DNA of 64,000 nucleotides, from positions 992,001 through 1,056,000 of the forward strand of contig CP060755.1 of NCBI GenBank assembly GCA_023205875.1, written 5' to 3'. Source of the stretch: Chloropicon primus. Lineage: Eukaryota. Each line of letters opens with the position of its first letter. Within the stretch, counting starts at the first letter, position 1. The translations under genes and the position numbers were made by a program. The notes under the pieces are model-generated. The model saw nothing but the letters and a program-made list of their open reading frames with translations. It was not told the DNA's origin and searched no databases. Shown piece by piece: positions 11,318 through 20,407 of this stretch.

Positions 11318-11704
11318 CTACAGCTTTACAGCTCTTTTGAAGTTGGATCGGAAGCTCGCACTGACAGCGAAAGCGAGAGGCCACAGGGCTGTAAGGACCG
11401 CCTTGGTTGGAAAGTTATTGTTGTAGCTCGTGTTCCGGTACCCTGAGGCGAACCTCGCGCCCCCGAACGCGTACGCGATGAAGAGAGTCACGGGGTTTAG
11501 GAACCAGCCCACGACAGGCAGGCCCATGGTCGTGGTGGCCCTCGACCTCTGTCTCTGGACTCCGAGCGAGCAGCCCCGACTTCCCGACGCAGTCCGATTC
11601 CCGTGGCCGACAACCGCACCCCGCGGAAGGGACCGGGCACCCCTCCTCCCTCGCGTCGCGACGCCTCCGCTCAATCCCACCCGTCCCGCCTCGCTGATCA
11701 TCAT
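11318..11704 (-). CDS. Small plastid-targeted membrane protein resembling a conserved cyanobacterial hypothetical protein
   Basis: R/S/G-rich transit-peptide-like N-terminus, then YAFGGARFASGYRNTSY...LWPLAFAVSASFRSNFKRAV. Confidence 0.7.
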   Translation of the reverse strand: MMISEAGRVGLSGGVATRGRRGARSLPRGAVVGHGNRTASGSRGCSLGVQRQRSRATTTMGLPVVGWFLNPVTLFIAYAFGGARFASGYRNTSYNNNFPTKAVLTALWPLAFAVSASFRSNFKRAVKL

Positions 11705-11881
11705 CCTCTCCTCTCCTCCTCTTATCTTGTCCTTATCCGATGCCGAGGCTACCTCTCCCCTCTTCTCGTAGCCGTGGTTTGTGAGCAGAGACAAGAGCCC
11801 ATGATGGGGATGGTTGGAGAAAACGTTTGTATTACAGCGAAATTCTATCGGGGACCTGGCCAAGCGTCCTTGACAAGCCCA

Positions 11882-13255
11882 CTACATTCTGCAGATGTAA
11901 GAGCTGCTCTCTGTCATGTACCTGATCCACCTCGCGGGGTTCTGGCCCTTCTCGGTGCTCTGATTCAGAATCTGCAAGTACTTGACCTGCAGCCTGGAGG
12001 AGTTGAAGAGCGGAAGGTTGAACTGCAAGCTGACCGGCCCGAACTCCTTCTTGACGCTCACGCTGCTCTGGCTGTTGAGGGATATCCTCGCGACTACGAT
12101 ATGCTCGCTCCCACCCTGGACCTTCTTCAGCGTCCAGTTAATCTTCTTCTCCTTTTCCAGGAAGGTGCCGGGGGGCGTCGCGGCTTGGGCCTGCTTTCCG
12201 GACCTGTCACCGGGCTGGTTCGAGGAAGGGAAGCTAATACTAATCGTGCTCTTCGGCACGGGCATGGAAATACTAAGAGCCGGGGCTACGATCCTCTGAG
12301 CGAACTCCGCCCTTATCTTCATCACCAGCTCTACCTTGAAGGGTCCGGAGTCGTTCAGGGACGTCGTCACCCTGAAGGGCGGCCTAATCTCCCTCGTCGT
12401 ACGGTAGTTCATCAATGCAAACTCTCCCTGGCTCGGGTTGAGCGTGATCGTCCTGTCGATATCGAAATTGTCGAGGTTGCAGTGCTCATAAAAGTTGCAG
12501 TCGTCAAGCAAGACTCCGTAGTTGCTACCGTAGGAGTTGTACCCGTCGTTCCTCCCGGCGATCTGCAGGTCCTCGTTTAAAGCAACCTTGACGAGGGGCC
12601 TGCCACTGAGGTAGCTCTTTACCTGGATGGATCCGTCGATAGCCGAGTTCTGCACGTAACCAGACGAGTTGAAGGTGATACTCAGCTTCTCCACGATGTC
12701 CACAAAGATTTCCCCCTTCTTCCCGGAAGTGTCCCGAGACAGGACGGACTTTGAGATCACTGGAGCCTTTCCTTCCCTCTTGGCCAAAAGATTAGACGAC
12801 TTCATTGGAAGCTGCTCGGGGAGGATCGGTCTGTTCAGTATGTACCTCTTCAGCACGTCCGTCGCAGTGTTCTGCGGAACACCGTAATCAACGATCTCGT
12901 CCAGGAGCTCGTACAGGAGGACGAAGTTTTGCCTGATCGACTCCTCGTTCAGAACCCCGCAATAGTCCTTGATGATATTCGCCACGCGAGACAGGAACTC
13001 CAGAACGAGGGCTGGAGACACGTTCTTCCTCGAGGTCGCGAGGAGGTACACCCCGCCTATCTTGATGTAAAGGTACTGCACCCCGTCCACGTAAAACACG
13101 GGGGGAGCCTCCTCCTCCGCGTTCGCCCCGTCCCAACGGTTCGCCTTCGTATAAAAGACCTCCGACGTTGTCTTCACCTTGTGGACGTCACCCGTGAAGT
13201 CCCTCGATATGATCGTGTCGCCGCGAAGCGACATGATCAGAAATTGTGATATCAT
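11882..13255 (-). CDS. AP4M: AP-4 adaptor complex mu subunit
   Basis: MISQFLIMSLRGDTIISRDF, DYCGVLNEESIRQNFVLLYELLDEIVDYG, EIFVDIVEK, SAIDGSIQVKSYLSG, WIRYMTESSSYICR. Confidence 0.93.
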   Translation of the reverse strand: MISQFLIMSLRGDTIISRDFTGDVHKVKTTSEVFYTKANRWDGANAEEEAPPVFYVDGVQYLYIKIGGVYLLATSRKNVSPALVLEFLSRVANIIKDYCGVLNEESIRQNFVLLYELLDEIVDYGVPQNTATDVLKRYILNRPILPEQLPMKSSNLLAKREGKAPVISKSVLSRDTSGKKGEIFVDIVEKLSITFNSSGYVQNSAIDGSIQVKSYLSGRPLVKVALNEDLQIAGRNDGYNSYGSNYGVLLDDCNFYEHCNLDNFDIDRTITLNPSQGEFALMNYRTTREIRPPFRVTTSLNDSGPFKVELVMKIRAEFAQRIVAPALSISMPVPKSTISISFPSSNQPGDRSGKQAQAATPPGTFLEKEKKINWTLKKVQGGSEHIVVARISLNSQSSVSVKKEFGPVSLQFNLPLFNSSRLQVKYLQILNQSTEKGQNPARWIRYMTESSSYICRM

Positions 13256-13339
13256 GGCGGCCAGTCTCTTCCTGAGCCTCTCTTTCACCCCTTCCCCTGC
13301 TTGTCGCTCGTCCCTTCCCTTCGCTTCCCTGCGCCCGAG

Positions 13340-13537
13340 TTACTTGTCCTTCCTGCTGCTCGTGGAAGACTTTCCCTTCTTCAAACCGTTTATGAGCAAA
13401 GCGATGAGCTTGTGCGCGACGACGACCGTGGGAAGGAAGAGCAGGACAGTGGCGAGCGCAATCTTCACCTCCAACAGCGACAAGTGCGGTGGAAGCCACT
13501 GGTTACTGTGCAGCCACTCCTCCAAAGGCTGCGACAT
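13340..13537 (-). CDS. Putative 65-aa single-TM microprotein
   Basis: ATG-initiated ORF with one hydrophobic helix and a basic tail; it fills the gap between two genes. No homology recognised. Confidence 0.4.
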   Translation of the reverse strand: MSQPLEEWLHSNQWLPPHLSLLEVKIALATVLLFLPTVVVAHKLIALLINGLKKGKSSTSSRKDK

Positions 13538-13774
13538 CGACGACGACGATTGCTCTCTGTTTTGAGGAACGATTGGTTCGCCTTCTCGACATGAAACCCT
13601 GCTCTTCTCCTGTCGAAAAAAAAAAGTGAGAGGCAAGAGCCGAGGCCCTTGGAAGGGGGAAGCCTTGCTGGTGAAGGAATGCATGTAAACTTTGTTCGTG
13701 TGGATCACACGCGGGATTGTCATTTTTATTTTTCGTCTTCTCGCTCCTGCTTGCCATGCTCCGTCGCGTCGCGC

Positions 13775-15209
13775 TCACGGCTCGGCGTCATCGCCCGCTG
13801 GGTTGGCTTGCATCATCTCGACGTCCTTGTTGTCCTCCGTGGACTCGAACCCAAACTCGACGTCGTCAGATCTCGACTTTGCGTGAGCGGTGAACGTGCA
13901 GCAGAGGAAGGGGAGCATGACGAGGGACCAGCCAGCCGCGCCGATGAAAATCCAGGCGGACCAGCCCCAGTACTGGTGGAGGTCGTACGGGATCGGCTCG
14001 TCCACAAACATGTAACTGACGTTCAGCACCTGCTTGGAGTTGCTGTTGGCTATGCGAGCGGTGAGAATGAAGTAGCATATCACGCCGCCGAGGCCGCAGA
14101 GAACTTGCAGGACAGCAAAGATCGTCCCGGACACGATGTTGCTGTACGAGCAGCTGCCGACCGAAACGGCCAGGGTCCCGAAAAAGATGAAACAAGCGAG
14201 GGCTCCCAGTATGCCGTAACCCACCACAAAACCCCTTTTGTTTCCAACAAGAGAGAGACGGAGAGAGACAGAGAGAGTGTGTGTATGCGTGTGGTCAGCA
14301 AAGTGCTTCAACGACGTTCTCTTCGCCGGGATGAAAGCTTACCTGAGGCTCTGGAAGACGTAGTAGCTGCTCCCCCCGTACGGAAAAGGCACAAAGGAGA
14401 AGAATTTGCCAGGTTGATCATCCTTGTACACCCCCACTGCGTTCGTGCACCCGGAGGATACCGGGAAATCTTTCAGGGCCGAGGTCACCAGCACGTTCAC
14501 CGTGGCTCTCTGCAGGGCGTCCTGGTAAGACGCGGTGTCCTTGACGTCCTGGGGGATCATGTCAGGGGTCAGCTCCCCGTCCGCCAGCTCGTCCACGAAC
14601 TTTTGGGCGGCTTCCGGATCCCCTGCCGTCGAATTATCCGACCTGCTCACATCCGGGGCGTTCGTCGCGAGGAGGTCCTTCAGCTCCTCCTTGAAAACGC
14701 CGGGCCCGTCCTGCTCCAGGAGTTCCTGCTCCAGCTGCTTGTTGAACGTCGCCGAGGTTCCGTCCGCGCCGAACAAGTTCTCCGCCACAATACCGCTCAG
14801 GTGCCTCGTCAGGTCGTCCACAGTCTCGTCCTCCGGGACATCCGTGTAGCACACCGACCACAGGCCCGCGTTGTTGATGCCCAGGAGCCCATTGGGGCTC
14901 GCGTCTGTGGAGCAAAAAGTCAAAACGTCAGCCCAGGGCGAAGCTTGAAACACCGCGGAGCGTCGGGGGAGGGGGAGGGAAGAATCGCGCACGGACCGGG
15001 GAAACAGAAGGCTCGGACGGGGGGAAGCCCAGGAATCCACTCGCGCGGTACTCACTTATCCAGTGCGTCGTGCCCACCGCCACACCCGCAGCTGCCAGAG
15101 CGATGAGCAACTGCACGGCATTCCAGGCAACCAGACGATAGTAGTGCCGCCTCGCTCGAGAGGAGCCCGTCTGCTCCTGGAATTCTGACTCGTCCATCTC
15201 ATGCATCAT
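13775..15209 (-). CDS. Claudin/PMP22-superfamily-like 4-TM protein, 3 exons (introns 14905-15055, 14235-14342)
   Basis: Spliced CDS of 1176 nt: TM1, then THW...NAGLWSVCY (W..GLW..C signature), a long acidic extracellular insert, three further TMs including YWGWSAW. Confidence 0.65.
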
Positions 15210-15589
15210 CGCGTCTTTCCGTACCCTCGCAAGCCCGCTCGCAAAGCCCAGTCAAAGCGCACCAAGGTTATCGTCGCTCCCGTCCGAGACAGAGCGCGCC
15301 TTCTGCCCTAGATGATGCAAACATTAAAAAAATCTTAGCCTCGTCCAAAGACAAGGGGAGAGAGAGCGAGAGCGAAGAGGTTGGTGGTGAACAGAACGAA
15401 CGAAGCGAGCATTACGACTGGGCCGGGACGTTAGGTCTGCGCTCGACGGAGAGTTTCCTGAGTCGTCTTGCCGTCCTTCGCATTGTTTCGCTTGGCGTCG
15501 TCTCTCGTACAGTAACGTTTGTAACGCTCGTGTCGTCCTCACCACCGGGCGAAGAGGGAGAGACGCGGGGAAGTCCACGTTGTTGCGGG

Positions 15590-17002
15590 ATGGCGGGAAA
15601 AACGATGCGCGTTGGGATAAGCGGTGGCGGTCCGGCTGGGCTGACGCTTGCAGCGATCTTGAGCAGGGAGGCGAGCGAGGGCGCCTTCAAGGTCACGGTG
15701 TTCGAGCGGGGGGAGGAGGATCGCGACCAGGGGAGCGGATGGGACATGAACCAGGCCGCCAAGGACGCGCTGTCGAGGGCGGGCGTCGATCCGGCGAGCG
15801 TGCAGAGAGCCGGGAGCGACACGATGAGAATTTTCAAGGTCGCGGAGAGCGGGCAGCAGGAGCTGACGGCCTGCTTACGTATGCCCGGCGTGCTGAGCAG
15901 GTTGGGCTTGCGGAAGGAGATGATTGGCCTGAACGAGTTGGGGCAGGAGACCGAGAGGACGAAGATCATCTCGTACCTTCTCGGCCAGCTCGGCGAGGAC
16001 GTCGTCGTCAAGCACGAGTGTCCGGTGACGGGCGCCCGCCGCGTGACAGGCCAAGGCGTGGAGGTGCTGGGTCGGAACGGCGCTTCCCTTGGAATCTTTG
16101 ACGCCGTTGTGGACGCCTCGGGAACCGCGTCGGCGCTGAGGCGCTGCCGTTACCAGCCCGAGGCGGACGCCTTCTACACGGGGACCGTTTTCTTACAGGG
16201 CGAGGTGGACTCCCCGGAGAAGGAGTGGGACGCCAAAATCGTGCAGAGGCTCGGCGAGGGAACGTACGGTTTCTGCGGTCCCAGCGAGGACGGGAAGGGG
16301 GTCGTCGACGGCTGGGCGCAGAGGTACGGGGCCCTCAAGGAGGATCAGATGACCAACGTCACCGTCAGACTCGGGGCCAAAGATTTTCACGAGTTGAGTC
16401 GAGCTGTGGGACTGGAAGGGGTCCACGGCATCAGTCACGAAAAGAGCCACGTCGCATCAGTTCGAAAATTCCTGGCGAAGAAGTTCTCTCACGGCGCGTG
16501 GGATCAGGCTCACCTCGGCCTTTTCGCTTCCATAAAGGGGGTGAGGTTTCTGCCCATCTTCATGCACCCGCTCGCGGAGGTCGCCAGAGCGAATGTGGTG
16601 CCAGGGAGCGACTCCCTTCCCTTGGTGGGAATCGGGGACGCCCTCCACGCCCTCCCCCCTTGGAGCGGCACCTCGGGAAACTTTGCGCTGAGCGACGCCA
16701 GCGATCTGGCGACCGCGCTTCTCGAGGAGCAAAAGAAGGCCTCCTGGTCCATCGCATCGACGTTGAGAGCGAAGGAGAACGAGTTCCTGGACCGAGCTGA
16801 CGGCCCTCGGCAGCGCTGCATCGATTCGAACAAGTACACGGTGGAGCACTCCGCAACGACACCAATCGCGGACTTTGATTTTATCAGCTCTCACATCTTG
16901 GGAGGAAAGAAGTGGTACCAGTCCGTCGAAGGCTTTTTTGTCACGGCATTTATCAGGGGCCTCACAGCCCTCAACTGGTGGGATAACTATGGCCTCCGCT
17001 GA
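15590..17002 (+). CDS. FAD-dependent monooxygenase (TetX/UbiH-like group A)
   Basis: GGGPAGLTLA, VTVFER..DQGSGWDM, VVDASGTASALR, IGDALHALPPWSGTSGNFALSDA. Confidence 0.85.
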   Translation: MAGKTMRVGISGGGPAGLTLAAILSREASEGAFKVTVFERGEEDRDQGSGWDMNQAAKDALSRAGVDPASVQRAGSDTMRIFKVAESGQQELTACLRMPGVLSRLGLRKEMIGLNELGQETERTKIISYLLGQLGEDVVVKHECPVTGARRVTGQGVEVLGRNGASLGIFDAVVDASGTASALRRCRYQPEADAFYTGTVFLQGEVDSPEKEWDAKIVQRLGEGTYGFCGPSEDGKGVVDGWAQRYGALKEDQMTNVTVRLGAKDFHELSRAVGLEGVHGISHEKSHVASVRKFLAKKFSHGAWDQAHLGLFASIKGVRFLPIFMHPLAEVARANVVPGSDSLPLVGIGDALHALPPWSGTSGNFALSDASDLATALLEEQKKASWSIASTLRAKENEFLDRADGPRQRCIDSNKYTVEHSATTPIADFDFISSHILGGKKWYQSVEGFFVTAFIRGLTALNWWDNYGLR

Positions 17003-17292
17003 ATCTTTTGCCGAGGAGCATAGCCTGGCTCCGGCTAAACCTTGCAAAACAAGGGTCTCAAGCCCCTTTCTTTGTCTTCCGTCGCCGTTACCCTGCTTTT
17101 TTCGGTTACCTGCCTGGCATGACTTGCCTCCTCTCTGCCAGGACCTTGGGCCTTTGCTCGGGGGGAGGGAGAGAGAGGCCATAAGGTCGTGGTGGTGAGT
17201 GCGTCAGGAGGAGGAGGGGGCAAGCTGGAGCGGCTCGAAGAAGGGCACGCATCGCGAGTGACGAGTGCGGGACCACCGTTCTTTGCTCTCGG

Positions 17293-18402
17293 ATGGCAGT
17301 CAACCGAGACGACACAACAATGAAGGAGGAATATCTTTGCCTCGGCTTGATGAGTGGAACCTCGTTGGATGGCGTCGACCTCTGCCTCGCTCGTTTCAGG
17401 CCTGGATCGTGGGAGGACTTTGAGATCGTCGAGGCGGAGACGAGGGGCTACCCCGATTCTTGGCGAGCGCGCCTCAAGGGAGCTTTTGAGGCCAGTGGTG
17501 GCGACTCCGAGGAGCTCGTCCAGTTGCACGAGGATTACGGGACCTATCTTGGAAAGCTCGTCAAAAGCTTCCTGAGCGACAGGGGTGTCGATGGGGTGGA
17601 CCTGATTGCCTCTCACGGGCACACGGTGCACCACCGGCCCGACCTTGGTCTGACGCGACAAGTGGGTAGCGGGAAAGCGATCTGCGAGGAGACTGGGGTC
17701 ACGGTGGTGTCCAATTTCAGGGAGCAGGACGTCAAGTTGGGGGGGCAGGGGGCTCCCCTCGTCCCGATTGGCGACGAGCTCCTGTTCAAGGGCTACGAGG
17801 TGTGCTTGAACCTCGGGGGCATTGCTAACCTTTCGTTCTCGTCCGAAGGCAAGAGACTGGCGTTCGACATTGTCCCTGTGAATCTGGTCCTCAACCACTA
17901 CGCCGTCTCCAAGCTCGGCCTTCCCTACGACGACGGTGGCAGCACGGCGAGAGAGGGCGACCTCGTCCCAGCTCTGCTGGACGTGCTGAACGCCCTCGAG
18001 TTTTATGACAAGGCCTTGGGACCGAAATCGTTGGGATACGAGTTTGTGGTGGACACGATCTTCCCGCTCCTCGAGAACTCCGGGGTGTCGAGCACGGCGG
18101 ACGTCCTGCGCACGTTCACGGAGCACGCGGCTTGCCAGATTGCGAAGACGCTCAAGGGCACGGGAAAGTCCAGGGTGCTCGTTACGGGCGGCGGGGCTTA
18201 CAACACCTTCCTCGTGGAGCGGATCAGGACCTTGAGTGGTTTCGACGAGGTCTGCGTTCCTGACCCCGAGATTGTCGAGTTCAAGGAGGCCCTCATCTTT
18301 GGCCTCTTGGGCGTCCTCAGGCTCGAGGGGATCAACAACTGCCTGTCCAGCGTCACGGGAGCGCAGAGAGACCACTGCAGCGGCGACTTGCACCAAAAAT
18401 GA
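17293..18402 (+). CDS. anmK: Anhydro-N-acetylmuramic acid kinase, Bacteroidetes-type
   Basis: GLMSGTSLDGVD, SHGHTVHH, DVKLGGQGAPLVPIGD, NLGGIAN, AFDIVPVN, YDDGG, PKSLG, TGGGAYN, FKEALIFGLLGVLR, NCLSSVTGA. Confidence 0.93.
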   Translation: MAVNRDDTTMKEEYLCLGLMSGTSLDGVDLCLARFRPGSWEDFEIVEAETRGYPDSWRARLKGAFEASGGDSEELVQLHEDYGTYLGKLVKSFLSDRGVDGVDLIASHGHTVHHRPDLGLTRQVGSGKAICEETGVTVVSNFREQDVKLGGQGAPLVPIGDELLFKGYEVCLNLGGIANLSFSSEGKRLAFDIVPVNLVLNHYAVSKLGLPYDDGGSTAREGDLVPALLDVLNALEFYDKALGPKSLGYEFVVDTIFPLLENSGVSSTADVLRTFTEHAACQIAKTLKGTGKSRVLVTGGGAYNTFLVERIRTLSGFDEVCVPDPEIVEFKEALIFGLLGVLRLEGINNCLSSVTGAQRDHCSGDLHQK

Positions 18403-18471
18403 GCGCTTGCCTTCAAAACAGCCGAGACCCGTGTTGCCAGTTGTTATATAGAGATAGATTATGGCTCCGTC

Positions 18472-18804
18472 TTACTCGAGAAGCTCCGCCCCGCTCTGCT
18501 CCTCTTCTTCTTCAGAAGGGACGGCGGCTTTTGCTTTGCCCGTTCCCGTTCCCTTCTTCATGGCCCGGAGTCTGAGCCTGATCGGACCCTTGAAACCCCT
18601 CGGGTCGTCGACCACCTTGCCCTTCTGTAGGATCTCCAGTCGACCCTCCTCGACCAGGTCTCGCGCGACTCGCCGCGTCAACTCCATCAGCGGCCTCCAG
18701 TTCCGAGGCCGAACCCTCCTGGGTATCTCCGACGGTCAGCACGTCTTCCTCAACCCCCTCTCCTCCAACACCTCCACCATCGCCTCCCGGATCAACGACT
18801 CCAT
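18472..18804 (-). CDS. DUF3253-family protein with in-frame TGA (18736-18738) at the conserved Cys; candidate selenoprotein
   Basis: Hand translation from ATG 18804: MESLIREAMVEVLEERGLRKTC*PSEIPRRVRPRNWRPLMELTRRVARDLVEEGRLEILQKGKVVDDPRGFKGPIRLRLR...*. Recalled family consensus R..KTICPSEVAR..WR.LM..R..G.I.I.QKG...GPIRLR. Confidence 0.8.
18493..18577 (-). other. Eukaryotic SECIS element (type II-like) embedded in the coding sequence
   Basis: AUGAA (18561-18557), GAAGGG-A-ACGG stem, GAA apical adenines, CG(G)GC/GCCG minihelix, CCGU-CCCUUC, UGAA (18514-18511). Lower helix GCUC/GAGC and CUCC/GGAG. Confidence 0.75.
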
Positions 18805-18856
18805 CCAGAGAACTTTTGGATAAGAGTGAGATCACCCCATCGTCATCGTCATCGCC

Positions 18857-20259
18857 ATGGCGCCGAGGCTTGGTGCTTGGTGCCGCGGGGGCGCGGGGGA
18901 GGCCTCGAGCTTGAAGCGGAGGGAGGTCAGAGACCTGGTTGCAACGTTGCCCCTCTCATCCAACACCTCCGGATCGAGAGAGGGGAGGAGGGTTTCCGCT
19001 GGGGCGTCGTCGTCGTCGTCGTCGAATCCATGGGACGCGTTTTTGAGGTTCTCGAGAGCGTCGGTGGCCGCACTCGCGATCCTGATCTCCGTCGAGTCCG
19101 GCCTCGACGACGTGGTTCTGGGCTCCCAGGCCTTGGCGACGAGCCTGCCCCCCTCGAGGAGCGCGGCGAGCTTGGCCGCGGAGGAGGACGCGGTTGTGAA
19201 CATTTTCAGGGAAAACACGCCAGCAGTTGTCAACATCACCAACCTGCAGCAAGTTCTCGCGCGGTCCGGGGGCTCGCTCGACATGACGGACGTTCCGGTG
19301 GGCACGGGGTCGGGGTTCGTTTGGGACAACGAGGGCCACGTCGTGACGAACTTCCACGTCATCAAAGGGGCCTCGATGGTGAAAGTGACACTGATCAACA
19401 AGGAAACGTTCGACGCTCGCGTGGTTGGCTACGACGACGACAAGGACATTGCAATCCTTAAAGTCGAGGGGGTGAAGCCCTCGGACCTCGTGCCCGTGAG
19501 ACTGGCGAGAAGTGACAAGCTCCTGGTGGGCCAGCAGGTCTACGCGATAGGGAATCCCTTCGGCCTGGACCACACGATGACTGGAGGCATCGTGTCTGGC
19601 CTGGGCAGGGTTATTCAGTCGCAATCGGGCAGGCCGATCCGGGGTGCCATCCAGACGGACGCGGCCATCAACCCGGGAAACAGCGGGGGGCCGCTGCTGA
19701 ATCGATACGGGCAGCTCATCGGCGTCAACACCGCGATCCTCGATCCTTCTGGAAAGGTGAGCTGGGCTACTGGGTGCTTGCTTCTGCAGGACTTCTGACT
19801 TCTGACTTCTCGCTCTTCCGTTTGTGTTTTGGCGTTACGAACCAAAAAAAGGGCGCCAACGTGGGCGTAGGCTTTGCCATCCCGGTCGACACCGTGAAGG
19901 GAATCGTGGACCAGATCATTAAGTACGGCCGGATCGTGAGGCCTTACCTGGGGATCACCCTGGCGCCGGACGGAGCCCTGGCTCAGCTCGGGAAGAAGGG
20001 CGTCCTGATCCTCGACGTTCCGGACAACTCCCCGGCGGCCGGGATCCTCCAGCCCACGTACCGGTCCTTCACGGGGATCGTCCTCGGCGACGTGATCACC
20101 GCTCTCAACGGCCACCCGATCGAGACGTCCGCGGACTTGTTCAGCGAGCTGGACGACCTTCGTGTGGGGGACTCGGTGACCCTGTCGTTGGAGAGGAACC
20201 AGGTCCAGGAGGAGGTCTCCGTGACGCTGGGCAGCAAGACGACGACCTTCGAGAGTTGA
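18857..20259 (+). CDS. Deg/HtrA serine protease with PDZ domain (plastid Deg1-like); intron 19757-19851
   Basis: GTGSGFVWD..HVVTNFHV, DIAIL, AIGNPFGLD, IQTDAAINPGNSGGPL, GFAIPVD, then PDZ. Bipartite transit-peptide-like N-terminus. Confidence 0.92.
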
Positions 20260-20407
20260 GTGCGAAAAAACGCGATTTGCTCTATTTGTTCAGTTGGAAT
20301 AAAATGGTGCTTATTTTGTGTTGTTGTTTGTCGTGTGTTATCGATCGCGCTCGACTCCACACCGAGGCGGTGTTTGGTGGCGAAAGAAGACCGTGAAACA
20401 AGAGGAG

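Noticed and set aside
18240..18471. Search for a conventional 3'UTR SECIS downstream of the DUF3253 stop
   Set aside because: The GTGA and ATGA candidates antisense to anmK lack a proper helix II and 3' GA. The in-CDS hairpin fits far better.
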